Made by a program: the position numbers and the translations under genes. A stretch of 63,512 nucleotides of DNA, filler included, from an uncultured Chlamydiae bacterium (GTDB taxonomy: Bacteria; Chlamydiota; Chlamydiia; Chlamydiales; SM23-39), in assembly GCA_937899275.1 (NCBI GenBank). It is 4 parts of 4 records of this genome, joined end to end, with 100 filler letters (N's around TTAATTAATTAA, not from the genome) between each part and the next. Parts side by side here need not be neighbours in the genome. Positions count along the whole stretch, not along the records: positions 28,929 to 49,663 come from CALBPE010000014.1; 3 more parts are not named here. The stretch is one strand, 5' to 3'. Under the pieces are notes generated by a model, which was not told the origin of the DNA, searched no databases, and worked only from the letters and a program-made list of their open reading frames with translations. This document shows, piece after piece, positions 30,938 to 41,114 of this stretch (positions are counted from its first letter, which is position 1; the number at the start of each line of letters is the position of its first letter).

Positions 30938-32182
30938 AGAGGGCTTGGCCGTTTCTGGGAGGCTACTTTTTTGGAACATAAGGACCGTAGCGATCAACCA
31001 CATGGTAAAAATCATCATTGAAAGATAGTGCATAGCCCCTAAAAACCGCTCTTGAAATATCGCCTGCATCCCAATTAACGAAACGGAAGCGATTCCCTTA
31101 GCGCTTCTGTAAGCGAAGACGTCGATGACCGCTTTTGCTCGAAACTTTTCCTCATGAGAAAGAGGAATATACAGCATTTCTCTTGCAATACCAAAAACAG
31201 AGTGATCGATCGATTTTGCTGCAATAAATGACGACGAAATACTGGCAAAAGAGGGATAGAAAAAGCAGTATATCACCTGACATCCTAATACCATAGGTAT
31301 CATCCTATGTACATATTTTACACCAAAAAACTGAATGAATAAAAAGCCTCCTAAAAGCTGGAAAGAAGTAGTGCAAATATTGACAAGGCGCATGATGTAG
31401 CCGCAATATTCTGTGCGAAGATCAACGCTTGCAATGGTATGTTCTAAGTAAAAGTTGAAATTATACTCAATGAAAGCAACAGATACCTGCATCGATACCA
31501 CAAGAAATAAAATATAGGTTAAAAAACGGGTTTTCATCACAAGAGAAAAGGCATTTTTCATTGAAGGAGAAAAGGTTTCTTGAAATCCATAGACTTTTTT
31601 ACTTGTAGACAACGCGCCTCTATAAGCAAGTAATAGCATACAGTAGATGGGAAGAGAAAAAAGAAAAAGGAAGCGAGAGCCTAAAGAAACAGCAAAAGCT
31701 GTAGGAATACTTGCTCCCATAACAGATCCAAAACCTCCAATACCAAATAGTAAACCGTAAATGTACTTTGCTTTTTTTGTATCGATTGTGCTGTGGACCA
31801 GTGACCAGAGCTGCTTGAACATCCATAAAATATAGATGTCTTTCCAAATATAGTGTAAAAAAGCAATCCAAGGCGCTTTTTCGATGCAGCTATAAGCCAG
31901 TAGGTTTATCCCAACTACACTCAAAGAAGCTGCGTAAAACATGGAAAGGCAGCCCACCTTTGGTAAAAAGCGGTTATATAAAGAGATCACACAAAAATTC
32001 AGAGGAATAGTCGCAATCCATACATAAGGATACATAGATGCGCCAAAAATAGAGACAAAATAGGCATTACTCGTTGGACGAATGATTCCATATTCAAAAG
32101 TAATGCAAAAGCTACATGCCATTGCAAAAAAGATAAATAGCTTAGAAAAGCTATTTCCAACCACTCCCCCCTTATTTTGCAT
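30929..32182 (-). CDS. NTT/TLC (ATP:ADP antiporter family)-like MFS transporter
   Basis: About 12 transmembrane segments; WKDIYI..FKQLWS, AKYIYG and REMLYIPL..EEKFRAKAVID motifs. Confidence 0.75.
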   Translation of the reverse strand: MQNKGGVVGNSFSKLFIFFAMACSFCITFEYGIIRPTSNAYFVSIFGASMYPYVWIATIPLNFCVISLYNRFLPKVGCLSMFYAASLSVVGINLLAYSCIEKAPWIAFLHYIWKDIYILWMFKQLWSLVHSTIDTKKAKYIYGLLFGIGGFGSVMGASIPTAFAVSLGSRFLFLFSLPIYCMLLLAYRGALSTSKKVYGFQETFSPSMKNAFSLVMKTRFLTYILFLVVSMQVSVAFIEYNFNFYLEHTIASVDLRTEYCGYIMRLVNICTTSFQLLGGFLFIQFFGVKYVHRMIPMVLGCQVIYCFFYPSFASISSSFIAAKSIDHSVFGIAREMLYIPLSHEEKFRAKAVIDVFAYRSAKGIASVSLIGMQAIFQERFLGAMHYLSMMIFTMWLIATVLMFQKSSLPETAKPSLQ

Positions 32183-33494
32183 GGGACTCCGATGGCAATC
32201 TATCTAACGCATCTCGCAGCTTTGCCTCCTGTTCAGAAGAGACATAAATCCAGCTATGAGTCTCCGATCCAAACCGCATCAACAAATGAGAAACCGATCG
32301 AGCAGGCTCAACTAAAAGGTGTTTACGAGAAACGGGAAAATGCAGTAAGTCTTTTTGCGCTTTGGGAGAGGGTTTTTCCCAGTGTACTTCAGAAAAAGCG
32401 ATGCCCTGTTTTTCACAAAGCAGCTGGAGCTCTTCAGTAGTAATCGACTGTTTTACACAAATCGCCTTGTATCTAGATGTTCTTCCTAAAATCGCAACAG
32501 CATCGTCGTGATAAGGGCTATTTACGTTTCTATAAGCAGTTTGTAAAGCACATAAAACCCGGCTATCTGTTAGTTGTAAATAAGAAGGGATATCTTCTAG
32601 ATCTTTCTTGACAAAGAGCGACTGCATAAATCGCTGTAAATGAAAATTAAATGATTTTACCCCAGGATATTGATAGACCCTTCTGTGCATAAAATGTCTC
32701 GCTAGTAAAAGCGCTTCACAAGATTCAATACCATTTTCATTGATTCCTAAGGTAAGCTCTTGGGGATGGTCAATACTAGGTAAAATCCGGATCATTTCGA
32801 TCAATTGATGGTAATCAAACAGTCCGTAGGCAACGCCTGTGCTCTTCGCATCTCGTAGAAGATAATCGATTCTATCTGCACCAAAAAAATGTCCTGTAAT
32901 CACTTCACTTACAATATTTTCCCAAGGAGAAAAACCAGAGCCTCCACAAGCTTTCCAAGTAGCTTCTCCTACCGCAATTTTAGCGACATCTTGTGTAAAA
33001 TTTCTGTCGGGAAAAAGCTCATCAAACCCCGCATCGATGTAGGCTTTTTCTAAAATAGGGCGAATATAGTTACTTTCAATGATCCGGATTGTATAGACCT
33101 CATGTCCTTTTTCCCCTAAAAACAGCTTTTCTGCTACATGGGAAAAAGGCAAGTGACCAAGATCATGACAAAGAGCTGCCATACGCAAAACTTTGCGCCA
33201 ATAATGGTATTCTACAGAACCTTTTCTAGGAATATCAGCAAAGACGTCTGGACGCACCGCTTTACAAATATTTTGATAAATCCGAGTTGCTAGCTCCATC
33301 ACCCCAAGTGAATGCTCAAAACGGGTATGAGTTGCTCCTGGATACACAAAAAAAGCAGCGCCCAGCTGACGAATATCATGCAGACGTTGGAACGGCCAAG
33401 ATTGCGTCAGTTCTTTTTCAATATGACCTAACCGGATAAATCCATGAAGAGAATCATAAATTTTTCTTTCATCTGAGAAAAAATCTTTGGTCAT
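32172..33494 (-). CDS. HD-domain phosphohydrolase (COG1078, dNTP triphosphohydrolase-like)
   Basis: FQRLHDIRQLG, YPGATHTRFEHSLG, LCHDLGHLPFSH and ADRIDYLLRD motifs. Confidence 0.88.
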   Translation of the reverse strand: MTKDFFSDERKIYDSLHGFIRLGHIEKELTQSWPFQRLHDIRQLGAAFFVYPGATHTRFEHSLGVMELATRIYQNICKAVRPDVFADIPRKGSVEYHYWRKVLRMAALCHDLGHLPFSHVAEKLFLGEKGHEVYTIRIIESNYIRPILEKAYIDAGFDELFPDRNFTQDVAKIAVGEATWKACGGSGFSPWENIVSEVITGHFFGADRIDYLLRDAKSTGVAYGLFDYHQLIEMIRILPSIDHPQELTLGINENGIESCEALLLARHFMHRRVYQYPGVKSFNFHLQRFMQSLFVKKDLEDIPSYLQLTDSRVLCALQTAYRNVNSPYHDDAVAILGRTSRYKAICVKQSITTEELQLLCEKQGIAFSEVHWEKPSPKAQKDLLHFPVSRKHLLVEPARSVSHLLMRFGSETHSWIYVSSEQEAKLRDALDRLPSESHAK

Positions 33495-33611
33495 TTTTCA
33501 CCTTTGATTATAATATATAATATATTGTTTTAGATTTAAATGGTTCTATTTATGAAAAACTCCTCTTATTTATCTATACTCTTCCTAAATTTTTTCTAAC
33601 TAAAATTTCTT

Positions 33612-34376
33612 ATGATTACAGCGGTTATCCTAACAAAAAACAATGAACATACCTTAGCGAAAACTCTCGATTCTTTGCAGTTTTTATCTGAAGTGCTAAT
33701 TGTCGATACTGGTTCCAAGGACCAAACCCTTTCTTTAGCCAAAAAATATCCTAACGTAAAAACGATAAAAGAAAAGCTTTATTCTTTTGGTCTTTTGAGA
33801 AATCAAGCAGCAGATCTAGCAAAAAACCCTTGGATTTTATCCATCGATAGCGATGAAGAACTCTCCCCTACTCTACAACGTAGCATACAAAATCTTACGT
33901 TAGATCCAAACACTGTATATGGAGTGATTCGGGAGAATCGATATAAGGAAAAAACCGTTGTTTGCTGTGGATGGAAGTTAGAAAAAAGGCTCCGGCTTTA
34001 CGAGCGTTCCAAAACAAAATTTTCTACTCGTTCTGTCCATGAGTCTTTGGAAATAAATGGATTACAATCCACTTATCTACCCGGCAAGCTATACCATACG
34101 CCTTTTTTCTCTGAGAGAGACTTCATTACAAAAATGCAGCTATATACAGAGCTTTACGCTAAAGAACATGAAGGATAGCACTCATCCATGAAAAAAGCTT
34201 GTCTACATGGACTCTGGGCATTTATCCGGGCGTATTTCTTACAAAAAGGGATATTTTACGGAGAGTCCGGCTGGCGGATTGCACTGTACCAAGCTCTATC
34301 TTCCTACTATAAATACAGTAAACTTGCGGAATACACAAAAGAAGCGCAGCAAAAAAACAGGCCCCCGAAAGCTTAG
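33612..34376 (+). pseudogene. Family 2 glycosyltransferase (KdtX/WaaE-like), interrupted by one in-frame TAG at 34176-34178
   Basis: VILTKN, IVDTGSKD, WILSIDSDE and VHES motifs. The same frame continues after the stop with FIRAYFLQKG..G..G and YYKYSKL. Confidence 0.8.
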
Positions 34377-35122
34377 GAAGAGGTAAGCTTCCAACCATCG
34401 CGTATTTCACAGGCGATATTCACGACTTGAAACACATCATTTGCCAATTCTAGATGATTGGAATTTTTATCTGGATGCGCCTTGAGTTTGTGAAGCTTGC
34501 TTTTAGCGGCAAATAGCTGGTCTTTTTCATTCTTAGGAACAATAAGATCTACAATAAGAGTTCGATTCAAAATCTTTTCAACATAAGGCCCTAACTGCCC
34601 TATTGTATCCAGATTTTTCCCCTTAAGGTGTCGGTACTTTTTGATAAACTTATCCACATTACCTTGGTACTCCTGTGTATCGGAATAACGCACATTCTTT
34701 AGAAATTTATGCAAAGGATTATTTTTATCTGTAAGTCGCGACAAAATTAGAACTCCGGCAAGGAAACGATTTTTATCCTTCACAACTTTTTTTAAAAAGT
34801 CTAAAGAGAAAAAAGGATGCAGGTCTATGCAAAATAGACTATATGCTCTAAGTCCAATGGCCAAAGCGCAAAACGAACCATGAAATCGTACAAGGCGCAA
34901 CGTGAGTCTAGTAGAAAAAATTTTATCTATTACAACAGCTTTAAAATAAAAAGGTGTTAATGCCGTGCACACAAGGAAGTTTTTGATGAAAGAAAAAACT
35001 CTCTTAACAGCACTCCATACTTTATTTTGAGCTTCAGGACTTTTTGATTTAAGCGCCGGCTCGTAAAGTCGAGGATTTTGAACTAGCACTAAGGAATTTA
35101 CCATAGTTGTATTACTAAACAT
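34373..35122 (-). CDS. Hypothetical protein with hydrophobic segments and a C-terminal J-domain-like HPD motif
   Basis: KLHKLKAHPDKNSNHLELANDVFQVVNIACE resembles DnaJ helix II-HPD-helix III. Confidence 0.6.
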   Translation of the reverse strand: MFSNTTMVNSLVLVQNPRLYEPALKSKSPEAQNKVWSAVKRVFSFIKNFLVCTALTPFYFKAVVIDKIFSTRLTLRLVRFHGSFCALAIGLRAYSLFCIDLHPFFSLDFLKKVVKDKNRFLAGVLILSRLTDKNNPLHKFLKNVRYSDTQEYQGNVDKFIKKYRHLKGKNLDTIGQLGPYVEKILNRTLIVDLIVPKNEKDQLFAAKSKLHKLKAHPDKNSNHLELANDVFQVVNIACEIRDGWKLTSS

Positions 35123-35210
35123 TCATTTTGTATTAAATAAGAATTTTATTCTAAAGATCGGCGCTTAATAAGACAATGAGATTTTTTTATAGAAGATATT
35201 CTTGAAAATG

Positions 35211-35284
35211 TAGCGGTAGACGGACTCGAACCGCCGACACTCGGATTATGATTCCGATGCTCTAACCAACTGAGCTATACCGCC
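35211..35284 (-). tRNA. tRNA-Met(CAT), elongator type
   Basis: GGCGGTATAGCTCAGTTGGTTAGAGCATCGGAAT-CAT-AATCCG...GGTTCGAGTCC cloverleaf with the 1:72 pair formed. Confidence 0.92.
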
Positions 35285-35292
35285 CAAAAAAA

Positions 35293-35365
<73 letters not shown>

Positions 35366-35508
35366 ATAAGGTTAGATGTATATTAACAACGAAAGCTCTT
35401 TTACAACAAGAAATATCTAATCTATTTTCGAAGCGCCTAGATAAAAGTAGTGGGCTCTTAACGTAAAATTGCTACCTTGGTATCGAAATCTCCATCAAAT
35501 CTTGTAAT

Positions 35509-36246
35509 TCAAAACGAGGATAGCTGCTCTTCTAACTTTGCTTTATAAAACGTCAGCTGATTTGCAACATAGTGTCGCACTTGTAGGTCAGCTATAGACA
35601 GTTGGCGTTGAGGCTGGTTGCTAACGTCATAACGATTGATTAATTGATTTAGAGTTGCAAGTGAGGTCTTCTCTAATACAGCGTGAAATATTTCCCAAGA
35701 TCCTGTATGTTGCCTCACAAGTTGATCGACCAACTCATTCCATAAAGTGAGATAGATCTGCATATTTTTTGGACCAGCATTTTTCAAAAGGAGCTGTACT
35801 AAGTCGACGTGACCTCTTTTTATCGCCTCTTTCAAAGGGGCATGCCAAATATCCTCAGTAGGATGCAGCTCATTTGGGTAGTGTTGGATGATGTACCTAG
35901 CTAAGTAATCACATTTATTTGCGATCGCTTTACCAAGCTTATCAGAAATAGGCTCTTTATAATCATATTGTACTGCCATGTGAAAAAATAGAATGGATCC
36001 AAAAGAATTATTCGTATTAAAAACCTTGGTCTTATGACCGCAACAAATACAACTAGTTAAAAGGTCGCGTACTAGATAAGCTAGAAATTGCAATGCTCCA
36101 AGGACCTCTACTGTAAATCGCTGCATCCAATGCATGATTTTTTTTGCTACGAAAGCAACTTGATCATCACTGGAAGGGGTTTTAAGGAAACGGGTTTCTT
36201 CCACCCGAATATTTGGCGCTAATTTACTATCGTAGTGTATCGACAT
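35509..36246 (-). CDS. Hypothetical ankyrin-repeat-like protein (candidate effector)
   Basis: APLKEAIKRGHVDLVQLLLKNAG fits the ankyrin consensus; GAGG Shine-Dalgarno upstream. Confidence 0.65.
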   Translation of the reverse strand: MSIHYDSKLAPNIRVEETRFLKTPSSDDQVAFVAKKIMHWMQRFTVEVLGALQFLAYLVRDLLTSCICCGHKTKVFNTNNSFGSILFFHMAVQYDYKEPISDKLGKAIANKCDYLARYIIQHYPNELHPTEDIWHAPLKEAIKRGHVDLVQLLLKNAGPKNMQIYLTLWNELVDQLVRQHTGSWEIFHAVLEKTSLATLNQLINRYDVSNQPQRQLSIADLQVRHYVANQLTFYKAKLEEQLSSF

Positions 36247-36268
36247 ACAACCTCAATTTTCGAAAATT

Positions 36269-36298
36269 ATTATAGCAAAGCGCTGAACTTCTCTTCAA
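36269..36298 (-). promoter_or_regulatory. Putative sigma66 promoter for the ankyrin-like gene
   Basis: Minus strand TTGAAG-N18-TATAAT with an extended -10 (TGCTATAAT). Confidence 0.45.
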
Positions 36299-36308
36299 TA
36301 GAGATGGG

Positions 36309-37571
36309 TTAATTGGATGGAGCTTTCGGCAGAACCCCTGTTTGCTGCAATGCATGTAGGGTTTGATCTACCGTAGCTGATAACGACTCGACCAGCTGCT
36401 CACCATGCAGGCAGGCTGTTTTTTGTTTGTCTATATCTTGAAAAAACTCTAGAAAAAACGCAGCCCAATTCTCCACTGCAATTGTAGAGCCTGCTCTGTA
36501 CTTTTCTACAAGTTCCTGCATTTCTTTCTGACTATGCATGTAAGGTCCATAAAATACGGGAGCCTTACAAAAAATCGGCTCTAAAATATTGTGTCCCCCC
36601 ACATGCTGCGTATAACTGCCTCCCACAAAAGCTGCATTAGATAGCGTATAGCAGACAGGCAAAAAACCCATTGTATCGATTAAAATGAGATTGCTTTTCT
36701 TTTTTCCTAGGTTACTATAGCGGATATAGTCGTATTGTTTTTCAGTGAAAAGACGGGCTACTTCAGAAAAACGCTCTGGGTGTCTTGGAGCTAACAGTAC
36801 CTTCAAGTGGGGAAGGGCCTTCCAAAGGATAGATAGCTGGTCTAACAGGAGACTTTCTTCAGGCGCATGCGTAGAGGCAATCGTTAACACTAGATCACCT
36901 TTTTCGATATGCAGTTTTTTTCTCCAAAGAGCTTGGGTAGAGCTATCTATTGGCTTAGGCGCTGCGCCATACTTGATATTTCCTGTGATATGGATGTTTT
37001 TCTTAGGCGCATTCGCCTGAATAAAGGCGCTTTTATACAAAGTATTTTGCACTAAAATTGCGTCAAAATAGGAGAAAATATGCCGGCTCCAAAAAGAAAA
37101 TGTTGCAAGGCGCTTTTGCGATCGCATAGACATTTTGCCGCTAACCAAACCAATTGTTGCCCCCTCTTTTTTTGCGTAGTACAAAAGGTTTTTCCAGTAA
37201 TCGCTTTCAACTAAAACAAGCGCTTTTGGTCGGAGCTTTTGGACAAGAGGTCTCATAAGAAAGGAAAAATCTAGAGGAAGAATAAATGCGCTTTTAATGC
37301 CTTTGATCGCTTTTGCCGCTTGAATACCTGTATTGGTACTAGAAGAAAGAACAATCGGCAGATCGGGGTAGGTTGCCTGCAGTTTTTGTATCAAGCCTTT
37401 TGCAGCGTGCACTTCTCCTAAAGATACCGCATGGATCCAAAATACATCGGAAAGCTTCGGAAGTTTTGGCACAAAAAATCGGCGAAATGCATGGCGTCTT
37501 TTCAAAGAATTGCGCACGGTTTTTCCCCCTAAAACCAGAAAAAGCAGGCATAACGCTGTATTATAGATCAT
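36309..37571 (-). CDS. waaA: 3-deoxy-D-manno-octulosonic acid (Kdo) transferase
   Basis: WIHAVSLGE, TGNIKY, ASTHAPEE, APRHPERF and GGHNILEP motifs. Confidence 0.94.
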   Translation of the reverse strand: MIYNTALCLLFLVLGGKTVRNSLKRRHAFRRFFVPKLPKLSDVFWIHAVSLGEVHAAKGLIQKLQATYPDLPIVLSSSTNTGIQAAKAIKGIKSAFILPLDFSFLMRPLVQKLRPKALVLVESDYWKNLLYYAKKEGATIGLVSGKMSMRSQKRLATFSFWSRHIFSYFDAILVQNTLYKSAFIQANAPKKNIHITGNIKYGAAPKPIDSSTQALWRKKLHIEKGDLVLTIASTHAPEESLLLDQLSILWKALPHLKVLLAPRHPERFSEVARLFTEKQYDYIRYSNLGKKKSNLILIDTMGFLPVCYTLSNAAFVGGSYTQHVGGHNILEPIFCKAPVFYGPYMHSQKEMQELVEKYRAGSTIAVENWAAFFLEFFQDIDKQKTACLHGEQLVESLSATVDQTLHALQQTGVLPKAPSN

Positions 37572-37573
37572 CT

Positions 37574-40135
37574 TTAACTGGGTTTAACCACAATATTTAC
37601 TAGTTTGTTAGGCACAAAAATGGTTTTGAGGATATCTTTACCAGCAAGATGCCTTTGCACATTTTCTAGTTCTTTAGCTTTCGTCAATACAGCCTGTTTT
37701 TCTTGATCTTTTGGCAGCAGAAGATTTGCGCGGACTTTTCCATTGATTTGGATGACATATGTGGTAGTAGCATCTTCTAAATACTTCTTTTCTATAGGAA
37801 GTAAAGGCTCATAAGAAAGGTCTGATGTTTCTCCTAAATGCTCCCAAAGCTCAGAGGCAAGATGAGGGGCAAAAGGATAGAGCGCCTGCGCCGCTATTTT
37901 TAACGCATTTTTAGGATACTTATCTAAAGAAGAAAACTCGTTGATGAAATGCATCATATGCGATATCGCTGTATTGAACTGCATGGACTCAAGATCTTCT
38001 CTGACAAGATACGCTAGCCTATGAGATAGCTGGAAAGCTTTTATCGAGTCTTCTTCTACGAGCTTAGAACTCATCACAAGATTAGAAAACCGAGATAAAA
38101 AGCGGTAACAACCGCTCACAGCTTCCTTACTCCAGATTTTATCTTTATCAAACGGGCCCATAAATAATGCATATAACCGGAGGGTGTCTGCGCCATACTC
38201 TTTGATGATATCATCGGGAGAAACGCCGTTTAATTTTGATTTAGACATTTTTTCAATCCGAGAAAAAAGAGGCTCTTTAGTAGCAGAAAGAACGTAGGAT
38301 CCATCGATTTTTTCCACTTCCTCTTCTGGCACGTATCCCCCACCTTTTTTCTGGTAGGACCGGGCTGTAACAAGACCTTGACTGCGGTATACGCGGAAAG
38401 GCTCTTTTGTATGCACAAGGTTTAAATCATAGAGTACTTTATGCCAAAAACGGGCGTAAAGTAGGTGAAGAACAGCGTGCTCTGAGCCGCCTACATAAAG
38501 ATCTACTGGCATCCAGTAATTTTCTGCATCTTTAGACCAGGGCTCTTTTTCATTATGCGGATCTAAAAAGCGGAGATAATACCAACAAGAACCTGCCCAC
38601 TGCGGCATAGTATTGGTCTCTCTTTTTGCTTTAAGGCCTGTTTTTTCATCGGTAATATGTAGCCAGCTGAGATCCTTTTCCAGGGGGCTACTTCCATCAG
38701 ATGCGGGGGTAAAGTCTTCTAAAGGTGGCGCGTTTAAAGGAAGCTCATCTAGATCTAAGAGCCGTTTTGTGCCATCGTTAAAATGGAGAATAGGAATAGG
38801 CTCACCCCAATATCTTTGCCGAGAAAATAGCCAGTCGCGCAGTTTATAATGGACCGCTTTTTTTCCTTGTTGATTCTGCTCTAACCAGGAAATGGCAGCA
38901 TCTTTTGCTTCTTTTGTGGAAAGCCCGTCTAGTGAAAAATCGGCAAAAGAGCTATGGATCAATTGACCTTCTTTTTCATAACAAATCTCCCCTTTTCTCA
39001 CCGCTTTTTGAAAATCGGAAAAAGGGATATCTTCAGGAGAGTGTTCCTGTAAAGGATCATAAATCGGTACAATAGAAATTGCATATTTTTTTGCAAAAGC
39101 AAAGTCTCTTGCATCGCTGCAAGGCACTCCCATAACAACGCCTGATCCATAATCGGGAAGAACGTAGTCAGCAATCCAAATCGGAACGGGTTTTTTTGTT
39201 ACGGGATGATGCACATAAGATCCGGTAAAAACGCCGGTTTTTTCCTTGCTTAAATCCTTGCGGTCGATCTCTGTTTTCGACTGCACTTTTTGCATATACC
39301 GATCTACATCTGGTTTTTGCTCTTTTTTTACTATGCTATCTGCCATTGGATGCTCTGGAGCAATTGCAATATATGTGATCCCAAACAAGGTATCGGGCCG
39401 TGTGGTAAATGCACTAAAAGATAGATTTGTATCAGGCTGAAAAAAGCGCACTTCTGCCCCTACACTTTTGCCAATCCAATTTCTTTGAAGGCGCTTTAAG
39501 TGATCGGGCCAGTCTAAGTCTTCTAAATCTTCTAAGAGCTTATCTGCATAGGCGGTGATTTTCAATACCCACTGCCTTAAAGGTCTTCTTTCTACTGGAA
39601 AGCCCCCTTCTTTTGACTTTCCATCTTCTACTTCTTCGTTAGCTAAAACAGTGCCAAGTGCAGGACAAAAATTCACAGGAAACTCTGCTTCATAAGCAAG
39701 ACCGTGGGCATACAACTTCAAAAAGATCCACTGGGTCCACTTGTAATATTTTGGATCACTGGTATTGATTTCTCGATCCCAGTCGAAACTAAAGCCAAGC
39801 GCGGTAAGCTGCCTTCGGTAAGTAGAGATATTTTTTTCTGTAGTTTTTTGCGGATGCGTTCCCGTACGGATCGCATACTGCTCGGCAGGAAGGCCAAAAC
39901 TATCCCATCCCATTGGGTGGAGAACCTCATAGTTTTTTAACCGCATGTATCTTGCCATAACGTCGGTTGCTGTATATCCTGTAACATGGCCTACATGTAG
40001 ACCTGCACCTGAAGGATAGGGAAACATATCAAGTATGTAGTATTTCGGTTTATCAGGGTTTTGATGCGCTTGATAAGTCTTTTTTACTTGCCATATCTCG
40101 CGCCATTTCGATTCAATTTTTTCGTGGTGATACAT
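37574..40135 (-). CDS. leuS: Leucine--tRNA ligase
   Basis: MFPYPSGAGLHVGH, LRDWLFSRQRYWGEPIP and KMSKS motifs. Confidence 0.97.
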   Translation of the reverse strand: MYHHEKIESKWREIWQVKKTYQAHQNPDKPKYYILDMFPYPSGAGLHVGHVTGYTATDVMARYMRLKNYEVLHPMGWDSFGLPAEQYAIRTGTHPQKTTEKNISTYRRQLTALGFSFDWDREINTSDPKYYKWTQWIFLKLYAHGLAYEAEFPVNFCPALGTVLANEEVEDGKSKEGGFPVERRPLRQWVLKITAYADKLLEDLEDLDWPDHLKRLQRNWIGKSVGAEVRFFQPDTNLSFSAFTTRPDTLFGITYIAIAPEHPMADSIVKKEQKPDVDRYMQKVQSKTEIDRKDLSKEKTGVFTGSYVHHPVTKKPVPIWIADYVLPDYGSGVVMGVPCSDARDFAFAKKYAISIVPIYDPLQEHSPEDIPFSDFQKAVRKGEICYEKEGQLIHSSFADFSLDGLSTKEAKDAAISWLEQNQQGKKAVHYKLRDWLFSRQRYWGEPIPILHFNDGTKRLLDLDELPLNAPPLEDFTPASDGSSPLEKDLSWLHITDEKTGLKAKRETNTMPQWAGSCWYYLRFLDPHNEKEPWSKDAENYWMPVDLYVGGSEHAVLHLLYARFWHKVLYDLNLVHTKEPFRVYRSQGLVTARSYQKKGGGYVPEEEVEKIDGSYVLSATKEPLFSRIEKMSKSKLNGVSPDDIIKEYGADTLRLYALFMGPFDKDKIWSKEAVSGCYRFLSRFSNLVMSSKLVEEDSIKAFQLSHRLAYLVREDLESMQFNTAISHMMHFINEFSSLDKYPKNALKIAAQALYPFAPHLASELWEHLGETSDLSYEPLLPIEKKYLEDATTTYVIQINGKVRANLLLPKDQEKQAVLTKAKELENVQRHLAGKDILKTIFVPNKLVNIVVKPS

Positions 40136-40286
40136 AGGAATAAATGCCGTTTTTACAAGGAGAAATATTAGCACCTTTACCTAAAATCTCGCAACACCTC
40201 AAAAGCGGCAGGTTTACACATAGTATTTTTTATCTTTGGTGAAAAAAAAAAGAGCTGTATTTTCTAAAGTATTGCAAAGGCTGTCC

Positions 40287-41114
40287 ATGAGAAGATACCA
40301 CCCCCTAACGCAAGAAGAGCGCCTAATTTTACTGGAGCGAGGAACAGAGCCCCCCTTTTCAGGAACATATGTAGAAAAACAGCCTCCAGGCGTTTTTGTA
40401 TGCAAGCAGTGCGATCTTCCCTTGTATCTTGCAGATGGGCAGTTTTCTTCTCACTGTGGATGGCCCAGCTTTGATGAGGCCCTACCTGGAGCCTTGCATA
40501 CCTTGCAAGACCCAGATGGCGTCAGAACAGAAATTCAGTGTGCAAGATGCTTTGGGCATTTAGGCCATCTATTTCTTGGAGAAAAATGCACCGAAAAAAA
40601 CCGCCGCTTCTGCACAAACTCCCTTTCACTGCGTTTTTTACCTGCTTATACCAAAACAGGATATGCAAAAGCGGTATTTGCTGCGGGATGCTTTTGGCGC
40701 GTGCAGTATCTATTCGATGAAATTTCTGGTGTAGCCTATACAGAGGTAGGCTACACTGGGGGATCTGTTGTAGAGCCTAGTTATGAAGAAGTATGTTCAC
40801 AAAAAACAGGCCATAAAGAAGCGATTCTTCTACATTTCTCTCCTGAAATCCTCTCTTTTTCTCAGCTAGTCGATGCGTTTTTCTCCCTTCATGATATAGA
40901 GCAGAAAGACGGGCAAGGCCTTGATAAGGGAAGCTCTTATCAGCCAGCGATCTACTACTTCACAAAAGAGCAAAAAATTATTGCAAACGCAGCTAGAAAA
41001 AAACTAGAAGATGCGGGGTATCAGCCAGCTGCTGCTATTAGACCGGTAAGCGTGATTTATCCAGCAGAAGAAAAACATCAAAAATACTATGCGAAAAAAG
41101 GTGGACTTTACTGA
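40287..41114 (+). CDS. Bifunctional methionine sulfoxide reductase (MsrB-MsrA fusion)
   Basis: MsrB part has GTEPPFSG, CKQC, CGWPSF, GHLGH and CTNS; MsrA part has AGCFW, GYTGG, TGHKE and AEEKHQKY. Confidence 0.9.
   Translation: MRRYHPLTQEERLILLERGTEPPFSGTYVEKQPPGVFVCKQCDLPLYLADGQFSSHCGWPSFDEALPGALHTLQDPDGVRTEIQCARCFGHLGHLFLGEKCTEKNRRFCTNSLSLRFLPAYTKTGYAKAVFAAGCFWRVQYLFDEISGVAYTEVGYTGGSVVEPSYEEVCSQKTGHKEAILLHFSPEILSFSQLVDAFFSLHDIEQKDGQGLDKGSSYQPAIYYFTKEQKIIANAARKKLEDAGYQPAAAIRPVSVIYPAEEKHQKYYAKKGGLY

Noticed and set aside
40287..41114. MsrB-MsrA fusion as a novelty
   Set aside because: Fused Msr enzymes, including this order, are already known in bacteria.
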